Shown: piece after piece, positions 62,244-64,000 of the stretch
Layout: the number at the start of each line of letters is the position of its first letter
How positions within the stretch are numbered: the first letter of the stretch is position 1
NCBI GenBank assembly: GCA_021772455.1
Contig: JAJFLY010000019.1
Location: 49,578-113,577, forward strand
Length of the DNA: 64,000 nt
From: Chlamydiota bacterium
Lineage (GTDB): Bacteria > Chlamydiota > Chlamydiia > Chlamydiales > JAAKFR01
Direction of reading: 5' to 3'
Made by a program: the position numbers and the translations under genes
Notes under the pieces: model-generated
Told to the model about the DNA's origin: nothing
The model's input: the letters and a program-made list of their open reading frames with translations, nothing else
The model's database searches: none

Positions 62244-63455
62244 ATGCCATTGACTGATACAAAACCTCTCGATTGGATTAAGCATGTAGAGCGTATTCTC
62301 CTTGATCTTGAGGAGAAGCCGCAATTCAGCCTTCCAACCCCTTTTAATTGGGGGTCTTTTGAAAAAAAGCTTCAACAAGTGCTGGGCCACTCTTCTGTGA
62401 AAATCGAATGCCATTCCAAGGGATGGGAACAGGGTGAAGGTCGGTTTGCTGGATTGGGTGAAGACCTTCTTCCTCTCGCTATCGAATGGGCTCCTCTTGA
62501 GACGCCTGCCTATTTTCTGACAACTCCGCAAGACTTAAAAAAGCTCATGGCAGAGTTGCTTGGAGGAGAAAAAGAGGCTGCTTATTTTTATGATATCTCT
62601 CTTGTGCAAGGTTTTTACCAATATTTTGCAGCAGAAATGCTAGATGCCCTCGAACAGCTTCAATTTGCCCCTCCATTGGCTCCTAGATTAGGTATGATCC
62701 ACGAGGAGATCGAGGGAATTATAGGTGAAAATCCTTGTTTTGTGGTCGATGTCTCCTGCAAATTGAATGGACAAATTTTTTGGGGAAAGGTCCTCTTGAC
62801 AGGAGATTTTCGGCGCACTTGGAAAAGCTATTTTTCCAATACTCCCCCTCTTCCGCTTTCTGAAGAGGCTCAAGAAAAAATCGTTGTCGATGTAAGCTTG
62901 GAAGTTGGGCATACAAACTTGAGTTATGACGAGTGGAAAGGTGTAGGCCCAGGCGATTTTGTTTTGCTCGACCACTGTTCTTATGACCCAGCTGAGAAAA
63001 AAGGGGGTGTGGTCTTATCCCTGAACCAAAAACCTCTCTATAGAGGGCGATTTAAAGAAAAAGGGATTAAACTGACTGAGTACCCGATATATGAAGAGGT
63101 AAACGTATCAATGGATGAAGAACCAATCGAAGATCCCGAACTAGAAGATATATATGGCGATCAACCTACAGAAGATACAGAGCCAGTTGTCGAAGAAGAG
63201 GGATTGCAAAAGGTCGAACTGGCACCCTCAGTGCCCTCGATTTCTGCTGAAGACTTGCCAATCCAGTTAACTGTAGAAGTTGGGCGGCTTCGTATGACAG
63301 CAAAAGAGCTCATGGCTCTGGCCCCGGGCAATCTTTTAGAGGTCAATGTCGCTCCTGAGCAGGGAGTGGATCTCGTGATCAATGGAAAAAAAGTTGGGCG
63401 CGGCGAGTTGATCCGTTTAGGAGAGACATTGGGCGTTCGTATCTTATCTTTATAG
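62244..63455 (+). CDS. sctQ: T3SS cytoplasmic ring / sorting platform protein SctQ (CdsQ)
   Basis: 403 aa. The C-terminal SpoA/FliN-like domain is IQLTVEVGRLRMTAKELMALAPGNLLEV...VINGKKVGRGELI. Confidence 0.88.
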   Translation: MPLTDTKPLDWIKHVERILLDLEEKPQFSLPTPFNWGSFEKKLQQVLGHSSVKIECHSKGWEQGEGRFAGLGEDLLPLAIEWAPLETPAYFLTTPQDLKKLMAELLGGEKEAAYFYDISLVQGFYQYFAAEMLDALEQLQFAPPLAPRLGMIHEEIEGIIGENPCFVVDVSCKLNGQIFWGKVLLTGDFRRTWKSYFSNTPPLPLSEEAQEKIVVDVSLEVGHTNLSYDEWKGVGPGDFVLLDHCSYDPAEKKGGVVLSLNQKPLYRGRFKEKGIKLTEYPIYEEVNVSMDEEPIEDPELEDIYGDQPTEDTEPVVEEEGLQKVELAPSVPSISAEDLPIQLTVEVGRLRMTAKELMALAPGNLLEVNVAPEQGVDLVINGKKVGRGELIRLGETLGVRILSL

Positions 63456-63464
63456 GGGAATCTG

Positions 63465-64000
63465 GTGGCTAGCGTCCTTCCTAGCCGAATTGGCGGCTAT
63501 AAGATTGAAAGTTTGTTAGATCGTGGCGGGATGACGATTCTCTATTTAGGAATTCATCCCGAGACACACGAGCCCATTGCGATCAAGGTGCTTTCATCAA
63601 AATTTGTCTCTCATCCTGAGATGGTCGAGCGTTTTATGCGCGAAGCAGAAATCATCGAGCTCACCAACCACCCTAATATTGTAAAACTCTATGGGCATGG
63701 GAAATGGGAAGGTGGCGTCTACATCGCCATGGAGTTTATTCAAGGAATCTCACTTCGCCAGATGATCTTGCAAGAAGCGATGTCCCTAAAACGATCTCTC
63801 GAAGTTGTGATTCAAATCGGTCATGCCTTGACCCACCTCCATGTGCATGGGATTATTCACCGAGACCTTAAACCGGAAAATATTTTACTCACTGCCCAGG
63901 GAGGGGTAAAAGTGATCGATTTCGGGATTTCCCAGATTTACACCGAAAAAATCACCTCTGATAACATTCGAGTGCTCGGAACACCCGTTTATATGAGTCC
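63465..64000 (+). CDS. Hanks-type Ser/Thr protein kinase (Pkn5-position), 3'-truncated by window edge
   Basis: This gene is not in the ORF track because it runs off the window. A GTG at 63465 lies 5 nt after a GGGGAA RBS. The translation has LDRGGMTILYLG, AIKVL, HRDLKPENILL and DFGIS. Confidence 0.85.
   Translation, partial: MASVLPSRIGGYKIESLLDRGGMTILYLGIHPETHEPIAIKVLSSKFVSHPEMVERFMREAEIIELTNHPNIVKLYGHGKWEGGVYIAMEFIQGISLRQMILQEAMSLKRSLEVVIQIGHALTHLHVHGIIHRDLKPENILLTAQGGVKVIDFGISQIYTEKITSDNIRVLGTPVYMS

Noticed and set aside
1-64000. Prophage, IS element, integrase, restriction-modification, toxin-antitoxin or tRNA/rRNA genes.
   Set aside because: No ORF shows transposase, integrase, capsid, terminase, methylase or nuclease motifs. 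No intergenic region is long or structured enough to look like a tRNA cloverleaf or rRNA by eye. Absence of tRNAs should still be confirmed with tRNAscan-SE or Aragorn.

Overview
This 64-kb window has the gene content and local gene order of a Chlamydiae chromosome. The extra signalling, porin and eukaryote-like genes suggest an environmental, amoeba-associated lineage rather than Chlamydiaceae. No rRNA, tRNA, CRISPR array, transposase or integrase could be supported.

Conserved blocks:
- Two chlamydial type III secretion (T3SS) clusters. sctJ, a K-like gene, then sctL-R-S-T lie at 22.7-27.0 kb on the minus strand. A chaperone, sctD, cdsE, sctF, cdsG, a CT668-like gene, sctN-O-P-Q and a Hanks kinase lie at 55.7-64.0 kb on the plus strand.
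- One type II secretion operon at 12.2-21.3 kb on the minus strand, ordered C-like, D, E, F, G and four pseudopilins with H/I/J/K-like sizes.
- Housekeeping blocks: lon, an rfaE-domain-II-like gene, rhomboid, rnz, mutL-pepP, lpdA-lipA, secA-TPR-psd, mnmE-nth, brnQ plus a SWIM-SNF2 helicase, der, sulP and a yidD-like gene.

Lineage-specific material sits at the junctions of these blocks. The best candidates for something new are:
1. A 1,820-aa protein divergently adjacent to sctJ. It combines ankyrin repeats, a patatin-like phospholipase, a P-loop GTPase-like module and an Ala-rich coiled coil, giving an iPLA2-like eukaryotic architecture. It is a candidate giant T3SS effector.
2. An Inc-like membrane protein with a C-terminal F-box-like motif, wedged between the T2SS and T3SS clusters.
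3. A Q/N-rich 515-aa protein next to mutL with YopD/CopD-like features.
4. A 403-bp element bounded by inverted repeats, built from a dispersed 39-bp repeat and enclosing a 118-nt double-stem palindrome.
5. A translationally coupled pair of a class III cyclase and an orphan histidine kinase.
6. Two tandem Cys-rich MOMP-like porin paralogs whose ribosome-binding sites and start codons are buried in hairpins.

All functional calls come from reading motifs in the translations. No database search was run.
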